A stretch of 64,000 bases of DNA from Amphiscolops sp. MND2022 (Eukaryota): assembly GCA_964187785.1 (NCBI GenBank), contig OZ076409.1, positions 50,098,001 through 50,162,000 on the forward strand. The letters run 5' to 3'. Below the pieces are notes generated by a model that was not told where the DNA came from, searched no databases, and saw only the letters and a program-made list of their open reading frames with translations. Made by a program: the position numbers and the translations under genes. This document shows positions 35,373 through 48,200 of the stretch, piece by piece. The stretch's first letter is position 1. Every line of letters starts with the position of its first letter.

Positions 35373-38300
35373 CTATAAGTCTTGGTAGGTTTTCGATTGC
35401 GGTTCGGTTCGGAGGTTGTACCGTGTTGCGTTGTTACGCGACGTTGTGTGGTCATGCTCATTATGAATTGTCGTGGTATGTTCAGTCACAGATTCGCTTG
35501 TTTCAGTATCAGATTCGTTGCTGGTGTCGTGATGAACAACTGAATTGTCAGGAGGTTGCTCGCAAGTTTCAGGTGGGCTCTCAGGAATTGGTTGCATCAG
35601 TGTTTGGTCATTCGATTTCCGTACATGCTCATAATAGATGATGCCATGTTCATTGTCGATTTCTTCTTGATCGATTGTTTCCGGTGCTGGTTCTGCGTAC
35701 AAATGTTGGGGCATGTGGTCATTGAAGAGCGCTTGATCATCGGCCGCTTCGGGGTCAGCGAACAAGCGATTTGAGTCTTCTTCAATGTCCGGTATTGGTG
35801 CGTTCGGTGTGAAAGGACGTAGTCGCATCCTATGCACGCACTGTGTTCGGAAGGTTCCGACCTTCCTGATTATGTAGTTAAAGTTTGTCAGTACTTTGAT
35901 TACTTCCCATTTGAAGTCATTGAAGTTAATCTTGTCGGACTGTGTTGTGAGTTTGGGATTAAGCAGGAATGTGTAGTCATTGACCTTTAATGGTAACGCT
36001 TGGGCTTTACGGTCGTAGTACTTTTTGTACTTGTGGTATGCTTGCAGTATGTTGTCGTTGACTTGATGGTACTTGTCGTTCACCTGGTCAACTAATCTTG
36101 TTATATCAGTTTCCGTGGTTTCACATTTCAGGGGGTTACCGAATTTGAGGTCTAGTGCGTTAAACGGAACTCTGCCGCGGAAGACTTCGCTCGCAGTGCA
36201 CTTGAGTGATTGATGGTAGGTTGTGTTATGAGCCATTACCGCAAGGTTAACGTACCTGTCCCATTGGGGGGAGTCGACGGAAATGTTAATCTTCAGAATC
36301 TGTTTCAGTCTTTGGTGGGAACGCTCCACCATCCCTATGGTTTGGGCATGCTTTACAGTAGCGTGATCGATTTTGATTCCGGCAGTTTTCATTATTTCGG
36401 TCATGATGTTGGATGTGAAAGCCGTGCCTTTGTCGGTGATAATTGTCTTCGGGACGTAGGCGTATTGGGTGAATATTTGCATGAGCGCTTTCACCACCGA
36501 TTTAGTGTCTGGTTTTCGTATCGGTACAGCGAACAAATACCGTGAGAAGTAGTCGCACGCCGTCAGGATGTGCGTATATCCGTTTGAGTTAGGTAGTTCG
36601 CCTACCAAATCGATTTCCAGTACGTCTTCCGGACCGTTGCGGGGGTCGTAGATTTTTTCCAGAGGAGGCGTTTGTCGTTTTGGATTAACAGGTTTTGCTT
36701 TGATGCACTCAATACAGTTACTTACGTACTTTGACACGTGTTCGCTCAGGCTTTGTATGTAGTAACGCTTGCGGAGTTCTACCAACATTTTTGATGCCCC
36801 AGGGTGTCCCTGCATGGGGTCGCCATGCATTGTCCTGATTATGGGCATAGTAGTTTCTGGAGGTACTACGATTTGTTTGAGTAAAATTCCGCCAGTGTTA
36901 TCAAAGAAGTTCCTCTACAGCACTTTGTTGACTACTTCAAGTCTTTTTTTGTTTTTTACCAGTTTTTGAAAAAAGGAACTAGTAAAGTTAACGTGGTTTG
37001 GTAGTGGTTCGTTGTTCACTAAGATGCGAACCATTTTTTGGACGTCTTGGTTACTTAACTGATCTTGGACGATTTGTGAATCCCCTTGCGGGCAAACCTG
37101 ATTTACCGAGTTGGGGTGGTGACGTCTGGTAAACTCGTCAGTATGATGGAAGGGGTGTCTCCTGCCAGAACGGGTTCAAGGTGTCGGCTGATGATCTGAA
37201 TCATCTTGAGACGTTCATCGTCATGTGTTTGATGGTTGTTCGCCATTGAGTTTAGCAAAGTTCGCATCTTGGTGAAGTCGTCTGCTGGACCGGTGGTTTC
37301 AAGCTGATGTGTAGTGGGTGTCGCTACATCGGGTTGCTGTTGGTCCGGGTCGTAGTCTTCCTCGTCCTCGTCCTGTTTTGGGGTTTTGGCCGCAAGATCT
37401 ATCTCGATGTGGTGGACTGGAATCTGGTCATTCATTTTCAAGTGAATTCTGTCTTCAGGATTAACGTCGAGTCGAGACAGGTAATCTGCAGCAGGGTTCT
37501 CGACTCCAGGGACGTGGGCGAGAACAAAGTCAAATTGATGTGCTTGGTCGCAATGGTTCCACAGTTTGGGTGGTATTCGTTTCGACTGGAAAAAGCGGGT
37601 CAGAGCTTTGTTGTCTGTCGTCACAATTGTGGGTTTTTTGACTTCCCACAGTATGTGAGCAAATTCGTCGAAGGCGAAGTGCATTGCGAGGAATTCTTTA
37701 GCATACATAGTCAATGACATTTGACCTTCCGTGAATCGTTGCGAGCCGAATGCTACAGGAGCGTACGTCTTCTTCTGTCCATCATTGGCTTCGGTGTAGC
37801 CCTCAATGAGGAGCACGTACCCTGCTGCGTGTTCTCTCGCATCACACATGATGACCAGTTGCTTGTCTGGTAGTGGTAGTCGCAGAGATAGCTTTGCAGC
37901 TCGTGCCAGATTCTGATTAATGTCAAAGATTGCGTCCTTGTGAACCTGCGTCAGGGTGAACTTGATGTCTTTCTGTAGTAATTTGTACAGAGGTACAAGC
38001 TTTTCTGCCAACATCGTTATGTACTGTCTGTAGAATTGTACAAATCCGATGTAGCGTTGTAGTAATTTGACTGACGTTGGTGTTTTCAAGTTGTTGAGGA
38101 ATTTGTCGATCTTGTCCTCAAGTGGTGCAATCCCTTTGGTAGTGATGCTTCTACCCAAGAACTCGATCTTCGGGTGGCCAAAGGCGCATATTGACATCGA
38201 CAGCTTTAGTCCTGCCTTCTGTATCTGCTGGAAAACTGCTTCGATGTTGATTATCAGTTCGTCCACATTGTTGGCAGCGATCCCAATGTCGTCGACGTAT

Positions 38301-40253
38301 TGGGCACGTTTGTCTGCTTTTACTAGTGCATCCAGGTACTCGCGAATTGTGCTGTTGAACGCAGAAAAAGACCTATTCAACGCTTGCGCGAGTCGGAGGT
38401 AAGCAAAGGTTCTGCTGCCAAAATTGAATGCCAGAAGTTGTATTGACTGTTCGTCGGCCATTTGAAGGCAGTGGTAAGCTTGCGAACAGTCAAGCTTGCA
38501 AAAGTACTTCTTGCCAGCCATATGCTGGGCTGCATCGGCAATGGTCGTTACTGGATGGTTGTGTTTGTTGTAGTCATTTTTGAGGAGGTGGTTGATCCGC
38601 CTCAAGTCGACTAATATCCGAAGTTTCCCGTTGTTTTTTCGTTGTGCAAAAATTGGGGAGGAATATTTGCTGTATGGTAACGTTGTGATGATCACGTACT
38701 CCTGAATCAGTGCGAGTTCAACCAGCAGGTCATCTTTCAGATTGGTTGGAGTAGGTAAACTCTGGGCGTACACGGGATCATCGTGTTTGGGGTTCAGCTT
38801 GATTTTGAAATCGGTGTTGATGCAGATATCAAGACGATGTCTAGCAAATATCGTGTGGTATTTGACGAGCAGTTCTTCGATCCTCTGTTGCTCGTGCTCA
38901 GTGAGGATCGAGTCGTCCCAGCTGAAATTTTTGAGGAACGCTTGGCGTTGTTCGTCATCGCATGTCGGGTTGAGTTTTTCAGCTTCTCGGAGTCTGATGA
39001 GTTCGTCGTAGATACGTCTTTCTATTTTATTTAGCTTGTCAGGATCGTCACATGTTTCGGGCGTCGGGTACCATCGTTTATCATTTGTGGCACTGGGATC
39101 CTGGAACAATTGGTTGATCACGTTAGCCGCTTCATCAGGGAATTTAGTGATCAACGTCAGCTGCTCGTTAGTCATTGGCTGGATGTTTCTGGCTTGGTTT
39201 GGCGTAAGTATTCGGAAGACTGCGATTGTGCTGTTCTGGGGTATTGTAACTGCGTGGTCCATGTGGTTGGTGATTTGGACGTGGGTCTGTTGGTCCTTGA
39301 TTTCAGACATTGATGGGGACACTAGCAATTTGGTTTTTCGTTCAAAGGCTGGGAACGCCTCTATTGTGCCTGTCACCGTTCCAATGTTCTTGTCCGTTGT
39401 AGCAGTCACAAAGATTTGTTGTCCGGGCGAGATGGTTGTTTTTTGGGTTGTTCTGAGTTCCAACATCTGCAGTTTGAATTTCCCATTTGGCGGTTTTAGT
39501 TGGAGGGTTATTTCTGGGAATCGCACAATGTTATTTGCAAGGTCTAGCGAGACAGAGTATTTCTTAAAAAAGGACATTCCGATGAGGATGTTTCCCATTG
39601 TTGGTAAGATCATGAATGTCTCTTCGAATATTTTTTCTCCAATGAAAAATCGAAGAAGCACTTGTTTTCTCACCGGAACGATGTTTCCGTTGGCTATTTG
39701 GACTTTGAAGTCCGGTGCTGGATTTTCTTCCAACTGGGCTGCTGGGTGGGCTTGTAGGATTCGACGTAGTTCATTCTCAGACATCGCGTTCTGGATTGCT
39801 CCACTGTCCAGTAGCCCTTGATTTTCATATTCCCGGAATTAAAGAGGGACGTAGAGCATCTTGTTTCTTCTGTCTAACTGAAGTGTAGCACTTAATGGTC
39901 TGATGTTTGTTGGCTTCGGTTGGTGCCCCTGTTTGGTATTGTCATCCTGTTCGTTCGTCTTTTGTTGTGTTTCTGGTTCTGGCCAGGTTGACACTCTCTC
40001 GTTGTTGTGGTCTAGCTGCAGTCTCTTTCGGAATGCAGCCCTTCGTTGTACAATTAGGGTTGTCGTCTATGAGAGGAAGTATGTGGTAGTTGTTTGTCGA
40101 GACTTTGTGTACATCGTATTTCGTCGATGGTTTAGTCTGTTTGTCAGGACGCTGCCAAAATCCTGTCGTTGTAGTTTTCGAGTAGTAGTGAGTTTGAGTT
40201 GGTTTTTTGGTGCGCGCACTTTCTGTTTGGTTGGACTGAGGATGACGTGGCAT
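35373..40253 (-). pseudogene. pol: Element B pol (PR-RT-RNaseH-IN), disrupted
   Basis: LLDSGA at ~39800; QYVDDI; RNase H MCDARE, KEFLAM, TDNKAL; IN HGDPMQGH...CIEC, IDLVG, TDKG, VER. Lesions near 39945, 39839-39841 (TAA), 37103 and ~36916. Confidence 0.96.
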
Positions 40254-41842
40254 TACAAGTTTTTTGAATTCGTGTGGAATTCATCGTTGTAATCCATGTC
40301 GTAGCAGTCGTTAGTTTCTTCTGGTTGGGTAGTCTGGCTTGTCGCTTGCGTGACTTGGTAGGTTGGTTGATAGTTGTTTTGCGACTGTTTGAATTCACGG
40401 CGGAATTCTCGGTTTTCATTGGTGGACTGCTTGTCATATGGTACATTTCGGTAAGCCGATGCACCTGGTACTCTGTCTCTGCAATCCCGTGCGGAATGTC
40501 CGATCTTGCCACAAATTTGGCATACTAGTTTGGAGTTGTATCGTGGTTTTTCGGTTTCTTGTTGTTGGGCATTGTTGTTTCCAGATTGGGGACGCTGTTG
40601 TGATTTCTTCGTTATTCCGTTGGCTTCGTCCCTGTGGCGTTTACGGCATTCGATCCACTTGTGACCCAGTATGTTGCAGTATCTGCAATTTCCTTCGAAT
40701 CTTCGTATAACTTCTCTTGTGGCGTTCTTCTCAGTGTTGTTGTGGTTGGGGGCCGGCTGAGCGTTGTTTTGCTTCGATTGGTAGTTGTAGACCTGGTTAA
40801 GTGGCTGCATGTCTGAGGTGCCAGGAAGCAATTGTGCATATTGGCAACGGCGTTGTACAAACGTCTTGATTTCTTCGGCCTTGGCATCGTGTTTGCCTGC
40901 CATGGCAAGCTCATTTTGGATCTGGATTGGCAGTTTTGCAAACAAAAATGTCTCGGCAATGTCGTTTGCCTTGTCTCCATACGCTTGTTTAGCGAGTTTC
41001 TTGTATTTGGTGAGGAAATCGGCAAACGACTCCTTCGTGGGGTCGTACCTCATTTGGTCGAATTTATACTTCGACACCTCTCTGAGGTCTTCCTTTGCAT
41101 ACTCTTTGTTGAATGCTTGCAGGACGTCGTGAAGTGTCGTTTCAGTTGTGATTTTTAGGGTTTGCCAGAATTCTATGGCCTCGTCTCGGAGTAAGCTCTG
41201 AAAGTAGTTCAGTTTCTGCTCTTCTGTCAGTTTATTCATGTGTGGGCGGAGGTGGTTCTTCAGTAGGTGTTCGAACTCATTATATTTGTCTCGGTTTCCG
41301 CGGAAGAGAGGGACTTGAGTTTGGAGGATTTTGGGCTGTATCACTCCATCCGTCATTGTTGTCCCTAGATTGTGGATTTCCGTCATGACGTCGTCCATTT
41401 GAGGGTCATTGGTGGATGGTGCAAGGTTTCTGGTCTGATTGGTTGCAGGGGTTGGAAGGGTCCTGCGTGGCTGTTGGAGGTTTGGAGTCGGGATTGAGTT
41501 CGTGGAGACTCCTGTCACCATGTCAGAACGAGTCACGTTCGGGTTGTTAACGGTGTTAAGTCCGTTACATTCACTAGTAGATGATGAGATCTTCTCAGTT
41601 AAGGCCATTACAATACTCGTTAAGTCACTAATTTGTCTATTCTTTTTCATGAAACGTTGGTCAACTGAACTCGAATTAGGATTTTGTTTGCTGTTGATAA
41701 TATCTCCATCATCAAACTCATTCATCTGGTTCCTCGACAAGACTTCTGGAAAGCTGTTCTCACTTTCGTTATCACTGTTCTGTTCCATTCTACTGGAACT
41801 TGCTGCATAACTGTCTACGTACTGTGATCTCGTATTAACCAT
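40253..41842 (-). CDS. gag: Element B Gag (529 aa), initiating inside the 5' LTR
   Basis: Capsid-like VPLFRG...YFQSLLRDEAIEFW; two CCHC knuckles CRYCNILGHKWIEC and CQICGKIGHSARDC. Confidence 0.95.
   Translation of the reverse strand: MVNTRSQYVDSYAASSSRMEQNSDNESENSFPEVLSRNQMNEFDDGDIINSKQNPNSSSVDQRFMKKNRQISDLTSIVMALTEKISSSTSECNGLNTVNNPNVTRSDMVTGVSTNSIPTPNLQQPRRTLPTPATNQTRNLAPSTNDPQMDDVMTEIHNLGTTMTDGVIQPKILQTQVPLFRGNRDKYNEFEHLLKNHLRPHMNKLTEEQKLNYFQSLLRDEAIEFWQTLKITTETTLHDVLQAFNKEYAKEDLREVSKYKFDQMRYDPTKESFADFLTKYKKLAKQAYGDKANDIAETFLFAKLPIQIQNELAMAGKHDAKAEEIKTFVQRRCQYAQLLPGTSDMQPLNQVYNYQSKQNNAQPAPNHNNTEKNATREVIRRFEGNCRYCNILGHKWIECRKRHRDEANGITKKSQQRPQSGNNNAQQQETEKPRYNSKLVCQICGKIGHSARDCRDRVPGASAYRNVPYDKQSTNENREFRREFKQSQNNYQPTYQVTQATSQTTQPEETNDCYDMDYNDEFHTNSKNL
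40259..40265 (-). promoter_or_regulatory. -1 ribosomal frameshift slippery site A_AAA_AAC
   Basis: Minus strand TCA AAA AAC TTG TAA in canonical phase just before the gag stop; the -1 frame is open into ORF 39942-40253. Confidence 0.8.
41508..41520 (-). promoter_or_regulatory. Element B primer-binding site (within the gag ORF)
   Basis: TGGTGACAGGAGT directly abuts the 5' LTR end TGACA. Confidence 0.85.
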
Positions 41843-42561
41843 GCTTGGTTCTTTAATAAGACTTTTTGAGTTTCTAAGTTTATTGTTTAAATTGAAGGAG
41901 AAAAATTACAAGTTGTATGTTAATGATGTAAGCAACACTACGTTAGCTGAAGGTAAATTGTACTGAAGGTATTTTCACTTTTGTTACTTTCTGCACAATG
42001 CTGGTCACGCGTCTACGTCACATGACTGTTTCGACCAATGATATTGCTCTGTTGATTAGGTGTTAATTGGTGCGTCCTGCTGGTCGTAACGCAAATGGTC
42101 TTTTGTACGAAATATAGCACCAATATGTTACTATGGCTACGTGATTCATCTATCATCTTGTTAAGCCGATACAACTTTAAGATGATGGCGACATACCATC
42201 ATTGCACGTAATTCTTCAGGTTACTGGTAAAGCTAAATATGGTGAAAGCACTTGTACACTGAGTATAAATATGATGAACGCACTTGTACGTAAAGTATAA
42301 TGATTAAATGATTCAAACTTTTGTACGTTAACTACACGTTGGGAAAAGAATTGTTGATGATGGGATAGGCCCGTCATTGTTCAGCAGTAATTCATGATTA
42401 TTCAAGTATCAGGCATTTTGCGTTTAACTGAGTTGTTTAATGTTTAGAATGTTTTTTATCAGTTTCATTGTTGCATTCTTTCTGTACTAACCACTGTCTG
42501 ACTTGATGTAGTGGTATTGGCAGCATTGCTTCTCGAGTTAATTCATGCTTCCGGCATGACA
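41521..42561 (-). repeat. Element B 5' LTR (1041 bp)
   Basis: Direct repeat of 27036-28076, followed by TSD GTAGG. Confidence 0.97.
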
Positions 42562-43131
42562 GTAGGTTGTACTTCTGTCAAGTTCAGTCTGTGTAGTCAT
42601 TCATTTAAACCAGTACTCAAACAGTTAGAGCCACACTTTGTACCTTCTTCCTTCGTTGCGTGGAAATAAAATACGTTGAATTATAATCTTTCAATGGACG
42701 TCGGGGCTTCATGGAAATTATTTGGTAGGCTTCATGTACAACTGGTTATTAGCTATTCATTATTACATACTTTTAATCCGCTGTTCGCGTTATGGAACGT
42801 GGCACTTTCATTTCAGTTCGCCATTCATTACCAGATTGCATTCCTGTTATTAGGTTCATCAAACTTCCTTACATTGCAAAGCTAATTTTATCATTTGATT
42901 GTTAATAAGACGTTATTGCCCAACATGCTGGATGAAGCCGCGCTTACCGAAGGTCATTGACCAAGGCTAGTTGATGGGGAATTTGCGACAATTTTTTCTA
43001 ATAGTTAAGCACCCTCAAGCCGTTAAAAAACACATTGAGAAACTCTCTAGGACCTATCAACTGCAGCGGCAAACTAACATCCGGAACGTTTGAGATGAAG
43101 AGTGTTAAAAAGTAGATCATTCTAGAAATGT

Positions 43132-43796
43132 GTGGAAAACATCGCGGGTATTTTCCCCTCAAAGTTTCCCGCAACTTCTCGCGCTGATACCGAATACTCT
43201 CAAGCAGTTGAATCAGTCACATCAACAAAATTGCCAAGCGACCAATCTGTGAAAAAATGCCTGTTAGAAATGTCACCACAACAATTTACGATTGACGATC
43301 TTATCAATCCGCTGGTGAGTCTTAGAAACCTTCCTTCGGATGAAGAGATGGAAGTAGACGACCCCAATTCATGTGTTGAAGAAGGCCCGGACAGCGATAT
43401 TGAGGTCTTGGTGTGCTTTAAGGAGATCCCTCACTCTAGACAGCAAACAATAGCAGGAAGACTCATGACGACGGATACGTTGGTTTGCCAAGTGACGTCA
43501 CGCCCGGACCGTCAGAAAAGAAACCTTCAGGACCCACTACTGAGCTAATTGATCTGATGTTAGGTAACATTTTTTACCAGGATACATCACGAACCGTGGA
43601 ACAACAGCCAATCTCCCAAAGTAGCCATATACAGTCAAAACCAGTTACTCCACAACAATTGCCTATTCCTGATAGATTGCCAAGGGTCGACAACGTCGTA
43701 AACCCATGTTACTTACCATCATTTTCCATATTGGCCCGAAAACGCGCACATTACGGGCACGGCAGTGAGTGCAAGTTGCGTGCGCGGAGACCTTAA
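43132..43796 (+). pseudogene. Possible decayed ORF of unknown function
   Basis: Two overlapping plus-strand ORFs (43132-43548 and 43485-43796) suggest one frameshifted reading frame; no recognisable motif. Confidence 0.3.
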
Positions 43797-44076
43797 CCTG
43801 GTCGCTCACGGGGACTGCGTGGTATGAGGAAATACATTTGATTCAATAAAAGAGTATATTAGATTCAAACTCCTCGAACATACCCAACTGGAGGGTGAGA
43901 CATACCACACCCGATTACGCCGCAGAAATGCATTCCAAGCCGGAATGCTTGCAGGATTGTTTGTAATGATCTCGAAGGGAATGTGGCAGACTGCCGGCTG
44001 CGGTGGTAACTACTACAGAGTGCCGCCAAAAAACATCAGTGATTTTTGTCTACCTCCCTGCGTCCTACCCTTGTAA

Positions 44077-44791
44077 TGTAACGTGAAGCAAGTAACGCAC
44101 ATACCAGAACTGGGACAGTACTTAGGTTGCCTAGACAGGAGACCATAGTCCTATAACAAGCCTAAATACTAGTTTTTCATCCCTAAAGGTCTCCTAGGGA
44201 CTTTTCCAAAACACCGTGGAGACTCCTCTTGTTAGAGCTCCGTGGCGACGTGCCGGCACACTCAAAGTCTGGACACGTCCCACAAGCGTGTAAAAACGTT
44301 CCTAAAGGCTTCCCGCGGTTCTACATACTTCCGAGGTCCGAAAACAGGGTTCTAGCTGAAATGCATTTTATTTCAGAAAATAACGTCTAAATACTCCATT
44401 ACAAGGATCTGACAGATCCAACATCATCAAAATCTGTAAATCAATACTAATGACATTAGAATCAATCAAGATTGGTATTACTGGCATGCTTCTATCGAAT
44501 TCGCGATTCTCTTCATCTTCTTTGCTGTGGGATATCGGAATCTCAGAACGTTTTTGTATTAAAAACGCACTTTTCTGGGGAGATGACACAAATCCGAGCA
44601 TTTTTCTTGTTCCTCCACATCGTGTCAGTGTCTTTTCTTCTTTTTTGGGTCGGGGATGGGTTCGTCTGTCTTCTTTTTTGCTTCCTTTTTGGTTTCAACG
44701 ACCTGCCAGGTCGGCCATTTTGACTCGCACACTTTCTGGTTCTTGATCGAATTTTTCATCGAAAATTTGGTGCTGACTGGTGGACGTTACA
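44077..44791 (-). repeat. Element C 3' LTR (715 bp)
   Basis: Direct repeat of 62511-63225; only two substitutions noticed by eye. Confidence 0.97.
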
Positions 44792-44799
44792 TCCTCTCC
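44792..44799 (-). promoter_or_regulatory. Element C polypurine tract
   Basis: Minus strand GGAGAGGA abuts the 3' LTR. Confidence 0.7.
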
Positions 44800-45250
44800 G
44801 GGCCATGTCGTCCTCGGCAAACGGAGAAGGATGCATCATTACTTACAAATGGTTTTAGCAACGTGGTTTTCAGTTTTTCTATTAGATCTTACTGCTTCAA
44901 AATTTCGATTTAGCACTTTTTGATCATCCTGGGACAATAAAATTCAGTTTGTTTAAAAACTCTTACCATTCGTTCCAAGCTAGTTTAAAAGTTCTTTTAA
45001 GGGTGGTTGCACTTTTGCGACACTTGGCCAGAGAAGCGGAGAAGTTTTTACTAAAACTTTAATTGCACTTGTTTTGGCAGTTAGGCAGGCACCAAGCTGG
45101 GACCTACCCACCGGGTAGTTACATTAGCAAAATAACCAAAATGATGTTAATACTTTGTTAATTAAAATAGCACTTATTGTTTTGACAACTGCTGAGGCAT
45201 AATATGTTCTTGGTTAGTTTTGGTTTGATTAGCCAAGTTCAGTACTTGTT

Positions 45251-48200
45251 TCATTCATCGCCAGTGTCATCCATAGTAGTATCGTCATTTTGTAGCACTT
45301 CATTTAATGATACGGCCAATGCTTCCGATGGCGGCAGGTCTTGCTGATTCAAGCTAGGTAGTTCGTTCAACTCTAATTCGATATCAGCTGCTAGTGTTCT
45401 CGTCAATGACGTGGGCGTGACTTCCAAAGCTTCTAGCGGCACTGTCTGATCATTTGAAGTGGCATTGGTGGTGATGATTGTGGTTGGGTTAGCTGTTTCA
45501 GGGTCATGGATGGGTACATTGGTATTGGTTGGTGTTGCAGCTATTGCAATGCTGATTTGACTTGAGGTTGACATCATGGAAGTTGAGGTATTTTCAGCAG
45601 TAGAAGCCTCCTCGTGCCCTGCTGCCTGTCTCATTGAGGTCGAGCCCGCTGGGCTTAGTTCTGGCAGCTGGTCTGCGAGGTCTTGGCGTCCATATCGGAG
45701 AAATGTTTCTTTGAAAGTTCCAATTGCATTTAAATAACTGTCATATACGGTATTTCCTTCGTCCCTCTGCTTGGCTATCAGACTCATGAAGATTTCTATG
45801 GCCATTTGTGGATTGTTCGGCATCTCTTCATTCAGGGGCAAGGTCTTTCTATTGGGTTCTCTTGCGATTTTCGGAACTGTCGCTTTCAGAATTTGGAATC
45901 CTTGGTAGATCATTCTGTCCACTATCGGCGGGTCTGCCCAATGCGTAGTATCGGACAGGATTTTGGCTGTATCGGCTTGCGGTGTCACTCGAGGGTTGTA
46001 CATTCGGGATACATCTTGTATTACTCGATGCTGGAGTCTTTCTGGTGTTGAGCCTTTTCTTCGTCCACCCAGGCGTCGTTCCGCATTGGTTAGTACTCGG
46101 AGAATACCGGGCTCATCCCAGCTGGCAAAGCCTTGCAATGCTCCAGTGGTGGGTTCTACAGGGGCGTGCAACCATTCTACTGGATGAAGTTCTAGCGACA
46201 TAGGAACAGCGCACCGCGCTCTGGCTCGGATCAGGGCACTGAAATTGTACTCGACCTGTTTCTTGTCTTTGATAATCGTGTATGCCATTGGTGGTCGGAA
46301 GTTGGCAAAGTTGCGCACTAGCATTTGAAAATCCGGTTGTCTGGTGTCGTCTTCAGGGTCCACAAAATGTAGAATGGATAATGTAGGTGCTTTTGCGGCA
46401 ACTCTAAGCGGCTGTGTAGGGTATCTCAGGGCCATCATTGAACCAAATATAGGCCAGACTATGGGTGCAATCATGGGGACTAGATCTTCAGTTTCTACCA
46501 ACATGAGGCTGGCTACTTGCGAGGGGAATAGGAAACCTGGCAGGTTATTGCTGTTGGGTTTTTGACTTAGCGAGTCGTCTAAAGTGCTCATCACACCAGA
46601 GACATTGACCCAGGCTGAGTAAACCCAAGCCAATAGTGTTTCGATATTCTCGGCGAGTTGGGCGCGCAACTTCAAAGCGCCTGCAGGGTCCAAAGTGTTT
46701 AGAATGGCGTTAATCCAATTCCGCTGGTTCTTGGCGAATATGAGAAAGCTGAGTAGACAGGAGTTGTCTTTAGCTAGGACTAATCTCTGCACCAGGTGCA
46801 CTGGGCCTTTGTAGACGGCGCCTAGACCAACGGCCATCAGGTATGCCAGGATTTCAGCAATTGTGGCCCTTTGCATTGCTTCTATATATAGTTTAACTTG
46901 CTGCTCATCTAAGCTGTTTTCACGCTGCACCATCGTTGGTACCCAAAATGGCGAGATATGATACAAGAATATGGGAATATGGGGAAGGGAATTCCATGGC
47001 TTTCTGCTGTTTCATTCAAGGTCACCTGCAGCGTCTCATGCCAAGATTGGTAAGTATGCTGTGGGTTCATTCGGTTTTCTTGCGCTGTCTTTTGAGCTAA
47101 TACTGTCAACAATACTAGGGTGGGGGGAACCATGTTGGGCTTTGCGTCGATCGCTTGTGTCGCCACTGGAAAAACAGTCGCGTCGGTCCGAGTTTGTTTT
47201 ATTCCTTCTGTCTTCTTGAAGAGAGCTAGCAGCTCTTTGTGGAATTTAGCGTTGTGTGTCCTCAATTCTAGCGTTGACTCGTCTCTCCTTTCAAACCATC
47301 CGTTGTCAATCATGTTTGCCCGTTCCTTTTCATTAGGTTCCTTAACTCGGCGTACTCCATTTTCATCAAAGGTGCGATGCGCCATTTGCATGCCAAAGTC
47401 AAAGGCAGTAGCATCATCAGCTAGTAACTGAGAGTTTCCCTCGTATCCGGTACAAGCCTGCAAGGCTTTCGAGATTTCCGCCAGGAGTGCAGAATAAGAA
47501 TTTTCACCCGGACGCCAGGTTGTGGCACTCACTTTCAGGTTCGCTGCTATTATGTAAAATGACAAATTCTGTGAGTAAGATACTTCTGATACTAGATATA
47601 ACAGTTGCTGGAGTGGTTTAGGTAAGTATACGTATCCTGGGGACGACATAAAGACTACCCCTACGACGGGCTTCATTCGCTGCACCCGCCTGATCAAATT
47701 TCTCATTGCTTCGACGTACGCAATTACCTCTCCTGTCATCACTTCTTCCGTCAGTCTACGGTTGCCTCCTTCAAAGTATTTCAGCGTTCCTCGAAGAGCC
47801 AAGTGGTCGATCATGTTGCTATATATTAGGATCGGAGGGAATGGAATTGTCTCTGTGTGGTTGACGGTGGGGCCGAAGACCTTGCAGGTCACCTCTGCCA
47901 TTTCCTCTAGCGATGTGCAGGGCAAGTTCATCACGCGAACATCCATCAGGGTGTTGTTCATGTTCGCCGTTGCTTTCATCGTGGAGTCCATGAACAAGGC
48001 AATTCTTGTCTTTTGCAACATCTCTTTGCCCATGGGGAGCAAGGTTGTTATGTCTCTCATGAAATCACGGCTTTTCATCAGTTGGTCATCGTATCTTGCT
48101 GGTCGTTGTATGGCTAATTTTACTTTCGAGGGGAGTGATCTCATCAATGATGACTTGTCTTTATGAAGATTCTCCTTTATTCTCTCGAACCAGGGAGGAA

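Larger units (their letters stand above)
27036..42561 (-). mobile_element. Element B: full-length Ty3/Gypsy LTR retrotransposon, 15,526 bp, carrying an antisense spliced gene
   Basis: TGTCA...TGACA LTRs; GTAGG TSD at 27031-27035 and 42562-42566; PBS, PPT, gag and pol. Confidence 0.97.
26878..42654. repeat. Long imperfect inverted repeat split by element B (arms ~26878-26972 and 27022-27035 + 42567-42654)
   Basis: GAAGGTACAAAGTGTG...ACACAGACTGAA is the reverse complement of TTCAGTCTGTGT...CACACTTTGTACCTTC; perfect inner 14-bp stem CCTACTTAGACTAT / ATAGTCTAAGTAGG. Confidence 0.9.

Noticed and set aside
35315..41810. Many plus-strand ORFs overlapping B gag/pol, e.g. 39036-39821
   Set aside because: Antisense shadows of long coding frames; no motifs and no splice-phase support, unlike the 29070-33444 gene.
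44368..44913. Short ORFs repeated identically at 62802-63302
   Set aside because: The identity only reflects the LTR duplication; no evidence of coding function.
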